Origin: Octopus sinensis
Taxonomy: Eukaryota
Direction of reading: 5' to 3'
Assembly: GCF_006345805.1 (NCBI RefSeq)
Contig: NC_043018.1
Coordinates: forward strand, 2,046,001-2,110,000
DNA: 64,000 nt
Under the pieces are notes generated by a model. That model saw only the letters and a list, made by a program, of their open reading frames with translations. It ran no database searches and was not told where the DNA came from. Shown here piece by piece: positions 13,860 to 27,414 of this stretch (positions are counted from its first letter, which is position 1; every line of letters begins with the position of its first letter). The position numbers and the translations under genes were made by a program.

Positions 13860-14060
13860 TTGTATACATTCGAGGCTTTCTTCCAAGGAATCTAATGCGC
13901 TTGGCTTAGATTTTCCTTTGGGGCTGGCCAGATCGGAGCAATCTCAAGATTAATCAGCCGAAATTGCGAAGATGATCCGGTTCTTGACTGAAGATTGAAG
14001 GCTTGTTTTTTGTATTGTCTTCTAAATGTTTCACGTTCTTGTCCCAGTTTGTATTTTTTT
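13860..14060 (+). repeat. Unclassified dispersed repeat (family D), copy 1
   Basis: Shares ccaag..aatctaatg...ggggctggcc...gattaatcagccgaaatt...gatccggttc.tgactgaagatt with 50750-50960. Confidence 0.75.
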
Positions 14061-14221
14061 ACATTTACTTATATATATATATATATATATATATATGCAA
14101 TATATATGTGCAAGCACACATACAAATATGATCACATGGACACAAGCCTTAGCGGGAATAAGTGAAATGTAAAACATATGAGAGAGAAAGAGACAGAGAA
14201 AGACAGAGAAAGCGGAAAAGC

Positions 14222-14252
<31 letters not shown>

Positions 14253-14361
14253 CTAAAAGAGAGAGATGAAGAAAGGGAGAAAGAGAGAAGTAGAGAGAGA
14301 TAAAATGAGACATGTCTGTATATATCTCCAATGCATTCCTACATATATTCATATACTGATA

Positions 14362-14400
<39 letters not shown>

Positions 14401-14416
14401 GCTTGTATGCATATAC

Positions 14417-14770
14417 GTGGAGGCGCAATGACCCAGTGGTTAGGGCAGCGAATTAGGCGTTGTAAGTGTTTATTGAGCGAAAACACCTAAAAAGCTCTAC
14501 GAGCCTCCGGCAGCGTTTGGTGGCGAATCCTGCTGTACTCTCTCACCACAACTTTCTCTCACTCTTACTTCCTGTTTCTGTTGTATCTCTATTTCAAAGG
14601 GCCAGTCTTGTCACACTCTGTGTCACGCTGAATCTCTCTGAATACCACGTTAAGTGTACTCGTGTCTGTGGAGAGCTCAGCCACTTGTTGCACGTTAATT
14701 TCACGGGCAGGCTGTTCCGTTGATCGGATCAACTGGAACCCTCGTCGTCGAAACCGCCGGAGTGCCAACC
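14417..14770 (+). mobile_element. tRNA-derived SINE family C (head partly deleted)
   Basis: A-box-like tgacccagtgg; the body is the reverse complement of 23650-24026. Confidence 0.88.
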
Positions 14771-14790
14771 ATGCATATATATGTGCGTGC

Positions 14791-14833
<43 letters not shown>

Positions 14834-15214
14834 TGTGTGTGTTGTGTGCCTGTATTATAAATACACACACGCATACACGTACACAAACACGCTTTCTTAT
14901 AAATAAACATGGTTGTGACTAATTTTATCCGAATGTTAGGTAAATTTATTTCTAAAAGCAGGAGATCAAACATTGCAATCGCCTAAACCATTTCCTTCTC
15001 TTCATTATCGAAATCCTTTACTTCAACAACCAGAATTATACCTTCGGAATATTCCAAAATTAGAACAGCTACAATAAGGAACTGCTGGTCGATGGCTTGA
15101 TATTCTAGAAACAACAGTCAAACCACTTTCAAATAACACCTAACTGTCTTTAGAAGCAGTTATTAACATCATCAGGCCCTGTTCGAAACAGCTTCTGTTA
15201 TCTTCTGTAATCTT

Positions 15215-15350
15215 TTGCTGCTTGTTTCAGTCATTAGACTACGGCCATGCTGGGGTACCCCCTTGAAGGGTTTCACCAAGCAAATCGACCCCGGCATATA
15301 TTTTAAGTCTGGTATTCATTCTATCAATCTTTGGCCGAACCGCTAAGTTA
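15215..15350 (-). mobile_element. SINE family B 3' fragment
   Basis: cttgtttcagtcattagactacggccatgctgggg...gccgaaccgctaag. Confidence 0.75.
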
Positions 15351-16422
15351 GGCTTGCCTTGTTTACGTCCGCATGACTATTTTTTCTAAAGAAATAACTG
15401 AGATTTATTTGGCATTGGCCCTAGTTTGTATATCGCAGTTCCGTCTTCGGATGAACAACAAGAGGCACACCAATTTACCTTCATTTACAGGATGCTTGAA
15501 ACATGGGAGAAGAAGGGAGGAATGCAACCTTAGATAACAGACCAGACATGAATGCTTGCAACAGAGGAAATTCTGCTAAAGGTATCTAAAGTACGATAGG
15601 GTGGTGTGAAGCTTAGGTAAACCACTCAATTAGGCCAGGACGGGGCAAACACCGCAATTCATCGGATCTGTTAATGTTTTACAGTGCCACAAACGCAGGG
15701 CCTTGCGTCGGTAGTCCTTTTATTGAACGCGAAGAGACGAAATGCAAATATGACCCCGGTAGGATTTGAAATCAGAACAGTGAATGCAGGAGGGGATACC
15801 ATAAATTCTTCAAACCGATTTTCTTAAGAGTTACCCAAATCTAGAACCCTTAATTCATACTTATTGCCTCGACCCTGAAAGAAAGTAGATGACGTCGGCG
15901 GGATTGGAACCCTGAGCACGGAGATTCGGAACAAATATAGTGAAATATTTTATATACTCTGATGTATCTGCCACTTCACTAATCTATAAAGTTGTCCATA
16001 TCTTCTTATCCCCTCACGTTTCCCCCCCCTGTTTTTCTTTCTCTAATTTTCTTATTCTGATCCCTCTAACATGTCTCTATGTTTGTCCCTCCCTTTTTCC
16101 CTTGTTTACCTGTCTCTCATATTTTCTCTTTTTCTCTATTTTCCTCTGTTACTGTCATGCTTCCCCCCTCATATTTTCGCCTTATATTCGCGTATTCCTC
16201 CTTCACTTCCTTTTCTCTTTCAATCTCATTCTCTGATATCGATATATTTTCTCTTGATGTCTTTCCCGCTTTTCGCCATCATTTTTCAAATTTTTCTCCC
16301 CATCTCTCTCTCCCTCCTAAATTTTATTTCTCTCTACCACCTCTCACATTTTATTTCATTATTTCGTCCTATCCCTGTCTCTCTACTTTTAAAATTCATT
16401 TTGTCATCTCTATGCGTTCCTC

Positions 16423-16476
<54 letters not shown>

Positions 16477-16699
16477 GATTTCTTTCTCTATTTCTCTCAT
16501 CATTTATCACTTCTTTCCCTATTCGTCCTTCTACTGCAAACTATCCATTAATCATCACTCTCTCTTTCTCTCTCATGCGCTTTCTATTTCTCTGACAGTT
16601 AAACAGAAACTCCACATCAAGCACCTCCCAAACCTTTATGGATTCTTGAGAAACAGAGAATACAATGCTTTTGTTTCTGTCTAAATAAATGGAGAAAAT

Positions 16700-16990
16700 A
16701 AGCGTATTCGATGCTGAAGTCACGTGGTTAGAATGAAAGAATAGAGAGTTCTACGTAAATTCCTCTTCAGTGAATTAACCACCGGATGTCCTCTCCGCCA
16801 TTACAAAGAACGGCTTGTGTCAACTCACAAAAGAACGGGAACTGAAACAAAAACGTGGGAAATTGAAGTCCAGAAGCGTTCAAATAGCTTCATTATATCA
16901 CTACCGGAAGTAACATTTTTGAAGTCAAAAGAAACAATATAAGTGGAAGAAAAATTTGAAGAATGCAGGATGAAATAACAACTAGAACTG
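16700..16990 (+). mobile_element. RTE LINE ORF2 C-terminal fragment
   Basis: SHVVRMKE*RVLRKFLFSELTTG..RHYKERL resembles RTE 'GHV-RM---R-PK--LY-EL--GKR'. Confidence 0.55.
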
Positions 16991-17105
16991 TAGCAGTCTC
17001 TGTCAACGATTCGTTCTGATGGATCTTACCGCATCTTTCGCAATCTTCTAAGTCATCAACTCAATCAATATGGTGAAGCCGTGGCACGGAAAGCAACCAG
17101 AGTGT

Positions 17106-17155
<50 letters not shown>

Positions 17156-17530
17156 AATCAAGGAACGGCCATAATAGGCCATTCACCCACTAGAAATAAC
17201 AGCCAAAGCTTCAACCGCAAATAAACATCAATCCGTAAACCAGGAGAAAATTAAAAAACATTTACCCGTAATTCTTATACGTGCACCGTTTCATCTGCTG
17301 TTTAATGGCAAACTAACCTGATTAAATTAAATCAAGCCAATCTTCCATAGGCCCTTAGAATCATCAGTAAGAAATAGCCCAAGTCGGAACAGATATTTAC
17401 ACGAGGCATTTCCGACCCTGCCTCGGCAATATCTGACCTAAAATTTTCAAATCATCGCACTCGCGCCAAATTTATCGGCAGCAAATAAATATAAGCCGTC
17501 GATTCCATTACGGAATTAACCAGAAAATTC

Positions 17531-17910
17531 ATAATTAATCAATATAGGGTGGCAAAAAAAAATTTTGTAGAATTTTTTTGCCACCAGCGGCTAGTGGGAA
17601 AAAATTAAATAGTCATAGACCATTTTAAGTCAACATCACAATCAAGGAACGGCCATAATAGGCATTCACCCACTAGAAGTAACAGCCAAAGGCTTCAACC
17701 GCAAATAAACATCACGGAATTGGTTTACGGAATTGAGTTTATTGCGGTTGAAGCTTTGGCTGTTATTTCTAGTGGGTGAATGGCCTATTATGCCGTTCCT
17801 TGATTGTGATGTTGAACTTAAAATGGTCTATGACTATTTAATTTTTCCCCATAGGCCGCTGGTGGCAAAAAATTCTACAAAATTTTTTGCCACCCTATAT
17901 GATTAATTAT
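17531..17910. repeat. Long fold-back inverted repeat (~180-bp arms)
   Basis: 17531-17710 is the reverse complement of about 17737-17910 apart from small indels. A third partial copy lies at 17151-17242. Confidence 0.9.
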
Positions 17911-18444
17911 ATATATATATATATATAATATATATATATAATACATACATATATATATGCATATATATATATATGTATATATGTAGTATGTATGTTGCAT
18001 GTATGTAATATATATTTATATATATATATTTATATATATATATTATATATATATCTATATATAGATATATATATATATATATAGATACATAATTATATAT
18101 ACATGAATATGTATAAATGGTATATAATATATGTCTGTATGTGTGTGTAAAAGGCGGACAAAATGCTGCTAAGCATTTCGTCGCCTGCTACATTCTAAGT
18201 TCAAATTTCGCCGAAGTCGACTTTGCAATTCATCCTTTCGGGCTCGATAAATTAAGTAGCACTGAAATACTGGGCTCGATCGAATGGACCCACATTACGC
18301 CCGAAATTTCTGACATTGTGCCAAACTTTGAATGGAATATTGATGTGATAATTAGAACGGTGAGTTGGCAGAAACGTTGGCGAGCCGGGCAAAATGCTTG
18401 GAAGTATTTCATGCGTCTTCCCCGTTCGGGATCAATGAAATAAA

Positions 18445-18679
18445 TACCTATTTCTTTACTACCCACAAGGGGTTAAACAGAGAGGGGACAAACAAGGACA
18501 GACAAAGGGATTAAGTCGATTACATCGACCCCAGTGTGTAACTGGTACTTATTTAATCGACCCCGAAAGAATGAAAGGCAAAGTCAACCTCGGCGGAATT
18601 TGAACTCAAAACGTAGCGGCAGCCGAAATACCGCTAAGCATTTCGCCCGACGTGCTAACGATTCTGCCAGCTCGCCGCC
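18445..18679 (-). mobile_element. Full-length SINE family A nested in an older plus-strand family A copy
   Basis: Ends ...ctgccagctcgccgcc and is flanked by the direct repeat aatgaaataaatacc. Host SINE parts lie at about 18360-18444 and 18680-18730. Confidence 0.88.
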
Positions 18680-19224
18680 TTAATGAAATAAATACCAGTT
18701 GAACACTGGGGTCGATATAGTCGACTTACCCACACTCCCCCCCCAAAAAATTACTGTCCTTGTCACCAAATTCCAAACCAATATTTATGTCATTATTAAT
18801 TGTATATTCTATTTAATCAAATTGATTAATATTGATATATTTTCACGCTAATTGTTGTTTCAATTCTTTGTTTTGGTGCCAGGCGAGTTGGTGTTGACGT
18901 TTATGGAGTTGATTTTGTAGTATGTTTTTGTCGGTGGTGGCCATGGTGGTAGTGGTGGTGATGAATGATGCTCTTCTTGAAAGCATTTTATTAATATTAT
19001 TTCTCGATCGCTTATTATTTCTTTATCTATTTATTTATTTATTTCTGTGTTATTTGAATTTAATCATTCATTAATCATTCATTACAATTTTTAATTTACC
19101 ATTTATTTTAGGTTCTGATATTTTTAAAAACATTTTTATTCAAAAGTAATTTGTTTTCTTTAGTTTTTATGCGTATGGTGTTTTTAGGCACACACACACA
19201 TACATACACGTGATTATGTTGATT

Positions 19225-19492
19225 ATATATAATATATATATATATATATATATCTATAATATATATATATATATATAGTGTGTGTGTGTGTGGGTGTATG
19301 TGTATACATACATCATGTAAGAATATATGTATATTTATATATAGATTTGTATATGTATATATATATATATGTCTGTGTATATATATATGTGTGTGTAGGT
19401 ATATGTAGATATATGTTATCTATATCTATATATATATATATATTATATATATATATATATATGCATATATATATGTATATATATAGTATGTG

Positions 19493-19541
<49 letters not shown>

Positions 19542-19563
19542 TATATATATGTATATATATATG

Positions 19564-19607
<44 letters not shown>

Positions 19608-19830
19608 TATATATATATGTATATATATATGTATGTGTATATATATATATATATATTATATATTATATATATGCATATATTATATGTATATATCTAGTAT
19701 GTGTTGATATATGATATATATATATATATATATATATATGCATATATATATATGTATATATATATGTATGTGTATATATATATATAGATATATATATATA
19801 TATATATGTATTCTACATATGTATATATGT
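19225..19830. repeat. (TA)n/(TG)n compound microsatellite
   Basis: Direct reading. Confidence 0.95.
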
Positions 19831-20296
19831 ATGTATGTATTTTGTTGGTATTATGCTACGATTGTATTTGTTCGATGTTTCTTTGTTTTTTTTTTGTTGT
19901 TGTTTGCCTCAATTATTTATTTATTTGAGTAATTAAATATTTATTTCATCATTCAACCAACTGGAGCTTGAATAACGGGTGGTGTTAGCAAGATTATTGG
20001 TGTGGAAACCTTTGAAACAGCATGGAGCAACAAAAACATTAAATATGTAAAAAGAATGCGTGGAATAAAAGACTAAAGGAGAATTTAAAAACCGAAGGAA
20101 ACAATGAAATGAAACGAAACGAAATTAAGGGTGAACATACAAATACATAAATAATTTTTAGGATATGAAATAAAAGCTAAACTATGTGTATATGTATACA
20201 AACACACACACACGCACACACTCACGCACAAAAGTGTGCACCTCCTACACGAATACGCCACTCACATTTTGCAAGAAAATCTATATATATATATAG

Positions 20297-20327
<31 letters not shown>

Positions 20328-20753
20328 TATATATAATTACTTCTTAAAGAATCATTACTACAAAAAATTGTGTTAATGAAAATAATTGTATATACGCATC
20401 TTAAGTATATGTATAACATAAGTGAATATATGTATGAAATCTCTTCTCTCTCCCTCTCTCTCTTCTCTCTCTATATATCTGTATATACATATATATACAT
20501 GTGCAACACACACACAAATATATATATATTATCTATATGTGTACAGTATATATGTGTGTAGTGTGTGTGTGTATTTGCATACTATATAAAAATATGTATG
20601 AATAAATATGCTATACATATATATATAATATATATCTATATATATATTAAGTATCTTTGTATGGTTATGTATTGCGCGTGGTGTACGGTTAGGAATATCC
20701 ATGCGCCATAGAGTACGTGATTGCGTGCCGTATATTTATATTCCGAATATATT

Positions 20754-20831
<78 letters not shown>

Positions 20832-21071
20832 GTATGTAAGCATGTATTTACATATACATGCATGCATATATATACAAACACATATATATGTGTGTGTCTG
20901 TGTGTGTATGCGTGTATTCGCCTATGTCCTGACGCATGAATTATTTAGTTCGTTTGTTAGGGAAGCATTAGAATATGTATGACTTATACGAAAGATAGAT
21001 AATCTGGCAATCGGAGCGAGATCGATAAATTACGACAAAGGCCGCCGGCAACAACATGAACTAACATAACG

Positions 21072-21078
21072 ATGATCC

Positions 21079-21127
<49 letters not shown>

Positions 21128-21131
21128 CCTT

Positions 21132-21175
<44 letters not shown>

Positions 21176-21258
21176 AATGATGATGATGATGATGTTGATG
21201 ATGATAATGATGATGATGATGATGATGATGATAATGGTGATGATGATGATGATGATAA
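21072..21258. repeat. (GAT)n microsatellite
   Basis: Direct reading; source of the poly-M, poly-I and poly-H ORFs. Confidence 0.95.
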
Positions 21259-21429
21259 TGACAACCACGACGACCATGACGGTATTGTTGATCAGACAAA
21301 ATTATTTCCATATTTCATTTAATTTTCTTTTTATAGATTTTCTTTGCGATGAGATGAAAAAAACAACAAAATCAAACAAAAGCAAAGCTACCATACTTAT
21401 GTCAACCTGTTTCTGCACCACCACCGCCG

Positions 21430-21479
<50 letters not shown>

Positions 21480-21788
21480 TCATCATCATTATCATCATCA
21501 TCATTGTAGTACATAATCTGTAAAGTTTTTAACTAACAAATCTTGCTGTGAAGAATAAAGTTTCAAAAAACGGACAGAGAAATTGGAAGAATTAGTTAGG
21601 AACGGTGATAGAAAGCTCTTAATGTTAAACAGAAGATGTGGGTTCGAGGTTTTGTATTTCCTATCCTGAATGGAATTTTGAAACCAAATATCATGGTATT
21701 ATTAAGCTGCTTGATACTATCTGTATTTGACGAGTGTTATTCTTACATCATCAAGCGAAGTTTTAACACGAAAGCTGAAATAGATATA

Positions 21789-22110
21789 CAGTTGCGGCCA
21801 AAATGTTCAGAACGGCATTGTTTTCGCCAAGAAAGTAGGTATAAGTTTTTATCAAAGTTGTTTTGTGTTCTATAATTGTCACAGACAATTATGGATGATT
21901 ATTTTGGCCGCCATGGGTTTTGCAGTAAATCGTTAAATCATCCATAACTTTTGTATTATCCTCTCAAATTACACCAAAATCTCAGACAATAACAATTAAT
22001 ATCGTATTTATTGTCTGTGACAATTATAGAACACAAAACAACTTTGATAAAAACTTATACCTACTTTTCTGGCGAAAACAATGCCGTTCTGAACATTTTG
22101 GCCGCAACTG
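21789..22110. mobile_element. Tc1-family MITE, 322 bp
   Basis: About 101-bp TIRs (21789-21889 and 22010-22110) begin CAGTTGCGGCCAAAA, similar to the Tc1 CAGTGCTGGCCAAAA terminus. TA flanks both ends. Confidence 0.9.
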
Positions 22111-22356
22111 TATATATATATATATATATGTATATATGGGAAGAGAGAACATGGAGAGAAAAGAAAGAATGAAACAAAGTAAGAACGAGGAAGAATGAAA
22201 ATTTGATTCAGTGAAAGTATACGAGAGTCACAGAGAAGTGTTGAGAGAGGGGGAGAAGGTAGGGAGAGAGAGAGGGAAAGAGAAGGAGAGAGAGAGAAGG
22301 CCTATATTATTCTGCATTTGTTTGTTTAAAACGCATGCGTGATGGAAATGTTCAAT

Positions 22357-22755
22357 ATAGGCGCAAGAGTGGCTGTGTGGTAAGTAGCTTGTTTACCAAC
22401 CACATGGTTCCGGGTTCAGTCCCACTGCGTGGCACCTTGGGCAAGTGTCTTCTACTATAACCTCGGGCCGACTAAAGCCTTGTGAGTGGATTTGGTAGAC
22501 GGAAACTGAAAGAAGCCCGTCGTATATATGTATATATATGTATGTGTGTGTGTGTGTGTGTGTGTTTGTCCCCCTAGCATTGCTTGACAACCGATGCTGG
22601 TGTGTTTATGTTCCCGTTACTTAGCGGTTCGGCAAAAGAGACCGATAGAATAAGTACTGGGCCTACAAAAGAATAAGTCCCGGGGTCGAGTTGCTCGATT
22701 AAAGGCGGTGCTCCAGCATGGCCGCAGTCAAATGACTGAAACAAGTAAAAGAGAG
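22357..22755 (+). mobile_element. tRNA-derived SINE family B, full length
   Basis: A-box-like tggctgtgtgg, B-box ggttcagtcc, internal (TA)/(TG) tract, tail ggcggtgctccagcatggccgcagtcaaatgactgaaac. Many copies in the window. Confidence 0.92.
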
Positions 22756-22964
22756 TATAGCGAAACAATGTCATAGAAATCTATAAATCTACACTTTAAA
22801 ATAATTATCGATTGATAATTAAATTAAAGTGAAGTAAACTTTGGAAATCGGCTGTGAAAGTTCGGCTTTTATCTTTTATGCGTTGAAGATGAAAACCTGT
22901 GGCCATACCGGGGTAACGGTAGAGTCGAATGCTTGTCGATATCCTCATCATCATCAATATTAGC

Positions 22965-23275
22965 GGTTGAGAGGCAGTTGCCGGCAACCGTAGAGACTGG
23001 CGACGTACCGTAAGAGAGGGAATACAGGAGGAGACAGAGGAGAAGACAGGAGAAAGACGACAACAAAGAAGAAAACTATGGCATTACAACCAGCCAGGAA
23101 CAGTCTTCGCTACATTTGCTGGTACCTGCCAGAGGGAGTGTTTGTCCAGGATAGGACTACACAGACACAGCAGGAAATGTATTAGGACATGAAATGTAAA
23201 AGCCGGACTAGACTACTTTATGCGCAACTCCATTGTTTCCCGAGACAAAAAGGCTGCCAACCAATTATGAATGTA
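22965..23275 (+). mobile_element. RTE LINE 3' end with decayed C-terminal zinc-finger-like motif
   Basis: EAVAGNRRDWRRTVREGIQ ... CQRECLSRIGLHRHSRKC, followed by an RTE-like tail ccattgtttcccgagacaaaaaggctgcca. Confidence 0.8.
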
Positions 23276-23649
23276 AAGATACTTCGGTGAAAGTGAAAGT
23301 AGACATGGCATATTTAGAGAGAGATACAGACAGACACAAACAGGCACGCAAGCACTCAGACAAACAGGTCGGTAAGTAGATCCTCCCACCAATATATCAA
23401 AAGTTATGCAACTAGGTATATTAATAGATATACAAATAGATGTATCATTGAACTGAAGTGAAATGAAAAGAAATGAAAAAACCTCGGGTGTAGACTGGTT
23501 GGTGGTTAGATGGCGAACAGTGAAGTTTGTTTATATATTTGTATGTTTTATAATTACTTCACTTAACGCGTGTGATTTAATGCAACTAATTATCGTCTGC
23601 TCATTCAAAACATTCATAAAATATGGACAATGTTAGGCGATGGGAAGCA

Positions 23650-24026
23650 CTGCGTCAGTTACGACGACAAGGGTTCCGGTTGATCCGAATCAACGGAACA
23701 GCCTGCTCGTGAAATTTACGTGTAAGTGGCTGAGCACTCCACAGACACGTGTACCCTTAACGTAGTTCTCGGGGATATTCAGCGTGACACAGAGAGTGAC
23801 AAGGCCGGCCCTTTGAAATACAGGTACAACAGAAACAGGAAGTAAGAGTGAGAGAAAGTTGTGGTGAAATAGTACAGCAGGGATCACCACCACCCCCTGC
23901 CAGAGCCTCGTGGAGCTTTAGGTGTTTTCGCTCAATAAACACTCACAACGCCCGGTCTGGGAATCGAAACCGCGATCTTATGACCGCGAGTCCGCTGCCC
24001 TAACCACTGGGCCATTGCGCCTCCAC
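23650..24026 (-). mobile_element. tRNA-derived SINE family C, full length
   Basis: Minus-strand head gtggaggcgcaatggcccagtggttagggcagcggactcgcgg...ggtttcgattccc carries A and B boxes. Confidence 0.92.
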
Positions 24027-24842
24027 ATGTTAGGCGATATCAGAAAAAAAAAAAAGAAAGAATGAAGAGATTTATTTTTGAGAACATAAACATACGCTAC
24101 ATGTATGCTGTGCCAGGCTTCACGATAATTGGATTGAAGCCACTTCAAAGCGCATTCGCAAGGGGGAATGCGCTTCCTAATATCTCGCAGGAAGCTGGCT
24201 CCAAATGACGCCAACCATTATGGAACGAGTCCTGTTCCGTTTTGCTGTAAGGCTGTCCCACTTCGGAAAATAATAAGGCACAGGGATAAACATTTAACAA
24301 AATTGCAAAGAGACATTCAATCAATAAATAAGAATAAGTTTTATCTGTTTAATTAATCTTTTATTTCCTTAAACTATAAAACGCATCATAACTGACAGAC
24401 GTTTTACACAGGCAAATAAGCAATACATAATTTAATGGCAGGATGTCAGAAGAATTTTTGAAACTCCTTGCTTGTGTTTAATAATCTAATATAATGTTTT
24501 CAAATGAGCTAACGTATACTGTCAAACTTTCATCGGCCCTGCTAGTTATTCATAATTATACGTGTGTGTTTCGAGAGGTCCCCCCCAAAAATTACGTCAC
24601 ATTCTCTCGAAAATTTATTTAAAAAATCATATGGCGTCAGCAATATATATATGTGTATGTACGTATGAATGTAAGTATGTATGTATGTATATACATACCT
24701 ATATATCACGTGATCACGTGACCGACCAGACCATCAGATGTTGTTACACATCGCTGGTCACAATGCGTTCGCATTGCTTTAGCCTTCGAATGACGCCATC
24801 CCGCTGGCTAAGCGAGCGGCCACATATATGTATATATATTAT

Positions 24843-24891
<49 letters not shown>

Positions 24892-25428
24892 TATATATAC
24901 ATATATATATACATACATACACTATAGGTAGATATATATATATACAGACATGCATACTTATGCATATATACTTGTATATAATTCTATAAGAGATACATAC
25001 ATGCATATATATATATATATATGTGTATATATATATATAATCCAAATAATTATAAGATGCAGAAATCCCTTAAACTATCTTTAATGATTCGTTACAATTG
25101 TTTCTGTAGCAACTCTGCTTGCAACGCCAGTTTACGCAAATATTCGAAGTGAAGAATTACGTAATGTCTGCGGTTTTAGAAATTAGATCGGCACATCATC
25201 AGACTTGCATCAACTATGCAACCTTTCACCGTCCGTCTATCGGGAAGGGACACAAGTAAATGAAACTATGGTTAGGGGATGACTAATTAGTGTAGAGATC
25301 ATGTGGGAAGGCTGAAGAGGAAGAATGTGAAAGAAGAAAAGAAGAAAGACAAGAAGAACAGGAAAAATACGAGGAATACGAAGAAGATGAATATAAAGAA
25401 GAATAAAAATAATAATAATAATGATAAC

Positions 25429-25498
<70 letters not shown>

Positions 25499-25501
<3 letters not shown>

Positions 25502-25803
25502 AAAGACCTGGAAATAGGTGTAACTAGAATGTGGAATCTGAAAACAGAAACAATTCCTATCATAGTAGGTGCATTAGGCATGATAAAAAATATTCAGACA
25601 AATACATAACAAAAACACCAGGACTTACAAACACATATAACATACAGAAAATTGCACTACTAGGCACTGCACACATCCTACGCAGAACACTTTCCATACA
25701 ATAACCATCAGAGCATCACAACAAATCACAGCACATACCCAAGGCACACAGAGCTGCGCTCGGTAGTGAAGTGAAAGCACGCTATAAAAATAAAACTACT
25801 GAA
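25499..25803 (+). mobile_element. R4/Dong-clade non-LTR element 3' end within (TAA)n
   Basis: YKDLEIGVTRMWNLKTETIPIIVGALGMIK/(1-nt frameshift)YSDKYITKTPGLTNTYNIQKIALLGTAHILRRTLSIQ*. This is the C-terminus of restriction-like-endonuclease LINEs, with (AAT)n on both sides. Confidence 0.85.
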
Positions 25804-25847
25804 TAATAATATATAATAATAATAATAATTAATAATAATAATAATAA

Positions 25848-26090
25848 GAAGAAAGAAGAAAGAAGAAGAAGAAGAAGAAGAAGAAAAGAAAAGAAGAAGA
25901 AGAAGAAGAAGAAGAGAAGAAGAAGAGTGAAGAAGAAGAGAAGAAGAAAAGAAGAAAAAGAAGAGAAGAAGAGAAGAAAGAGAGGAAGAAGAAGAAGAAG
26001 AAAAAGAAGTAGAAGACGAAAGATATAAAGAAACATACGAAGAAGGAGAAGAAGACGACAAAGAAAAAGTAGAAGGAAAAGAAGAAGACT
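25848..26090. repeat. (GAA)n polypurine microsatellite
   Basis: Direct reading. Confidence 0.9.
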
Positions 26091-26366
26091 TATATACACG
26101 TCATCTATATGCATTCACACACACACACACACATACAGCACATACATGGCCACAGGTACAAACACAGGCACATATATAAGAAATATAATTTGCTGAAGTC
26201 CTGAATCACAATTGTGAATCTGTTATTCGCTTCCTTCTGAGAAATATCCGCAGCTAGGATATTACTAGGATATTGCGATCGGTCATAGTTGGACGGGCAG
26301 TAGAGTTAAGTAAGTTAGACTCTGCCTGCCAGCCTGCCAGCCTGTCTGTCTGCCTGCTTGCCTGCC

Positions 26367-26409
<43 letters not shown>

Positions 26410-27000
26410 GGTATTCAGGTGGAGAACAACGCAGTATCGAGTGTGAATTTCATACAGTGTAACTAGATCTGAATTTCTAAATTTTTCTATCAAATTTTCA
26501 TTTTTGAAGAACAAAGCTGCGAAATAAAGAAGAATTGATTGACATACCTATCACATAAAGCGACAAACGAGACGCTCCATTTTGGCACGGTAAACACATG
26601 ATTTATTATGTATGTATAATGGCGATGTTTTTGATATTCGTATGTTCTTTAGATTGCTTTCATTCATTATATTTTCACTGTTTACAACGGATATTGAAGC
26701 GCGAGCAACGCCTTCTGATAAGTCAAAGCAAATTGACGCGTTGCAATGATAAACCAACATATTGCTTGTTCATGTGTTGTTTTGTAAGTAATATCTTTGA
26801 TTTTATCTTTGTGGGGTCGGTTGTTTTGTTGATATGTTGTTTGATATCAAACATTGTAATGATCATTAGACTGTCAAAGGGAGTATTGTGAAAGTTAATC
26901 TTTTTTTTTTACAATAACGAACGTGTGTGTGTGTACACGAACGCACTCAGACATGTGTATGCCAGTATGTATGAAGCTATATCTATGTGCGGGAGCTTTG

Positions 27001-27037
<37 letters not shown>

Positions 27038-27044
27038 GCTGTGT

Positions 27045-27414
<370 letters not shown>

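Noticed and set aside
23960-24026. tRNA genes in SINE heads (also 22360-22430 and 59186-59270)
   Set aside because: A/B boxes are present but there is no complete cloverleaf, and they continue into repeated SINE bodies.
24705-24815. cacgtgatcacgtg double E-box block
   Set aside because: It sits between TA tracts and looks like a dispersed-repeat fragment. There is a single copy in the window and no regulatory evidence.
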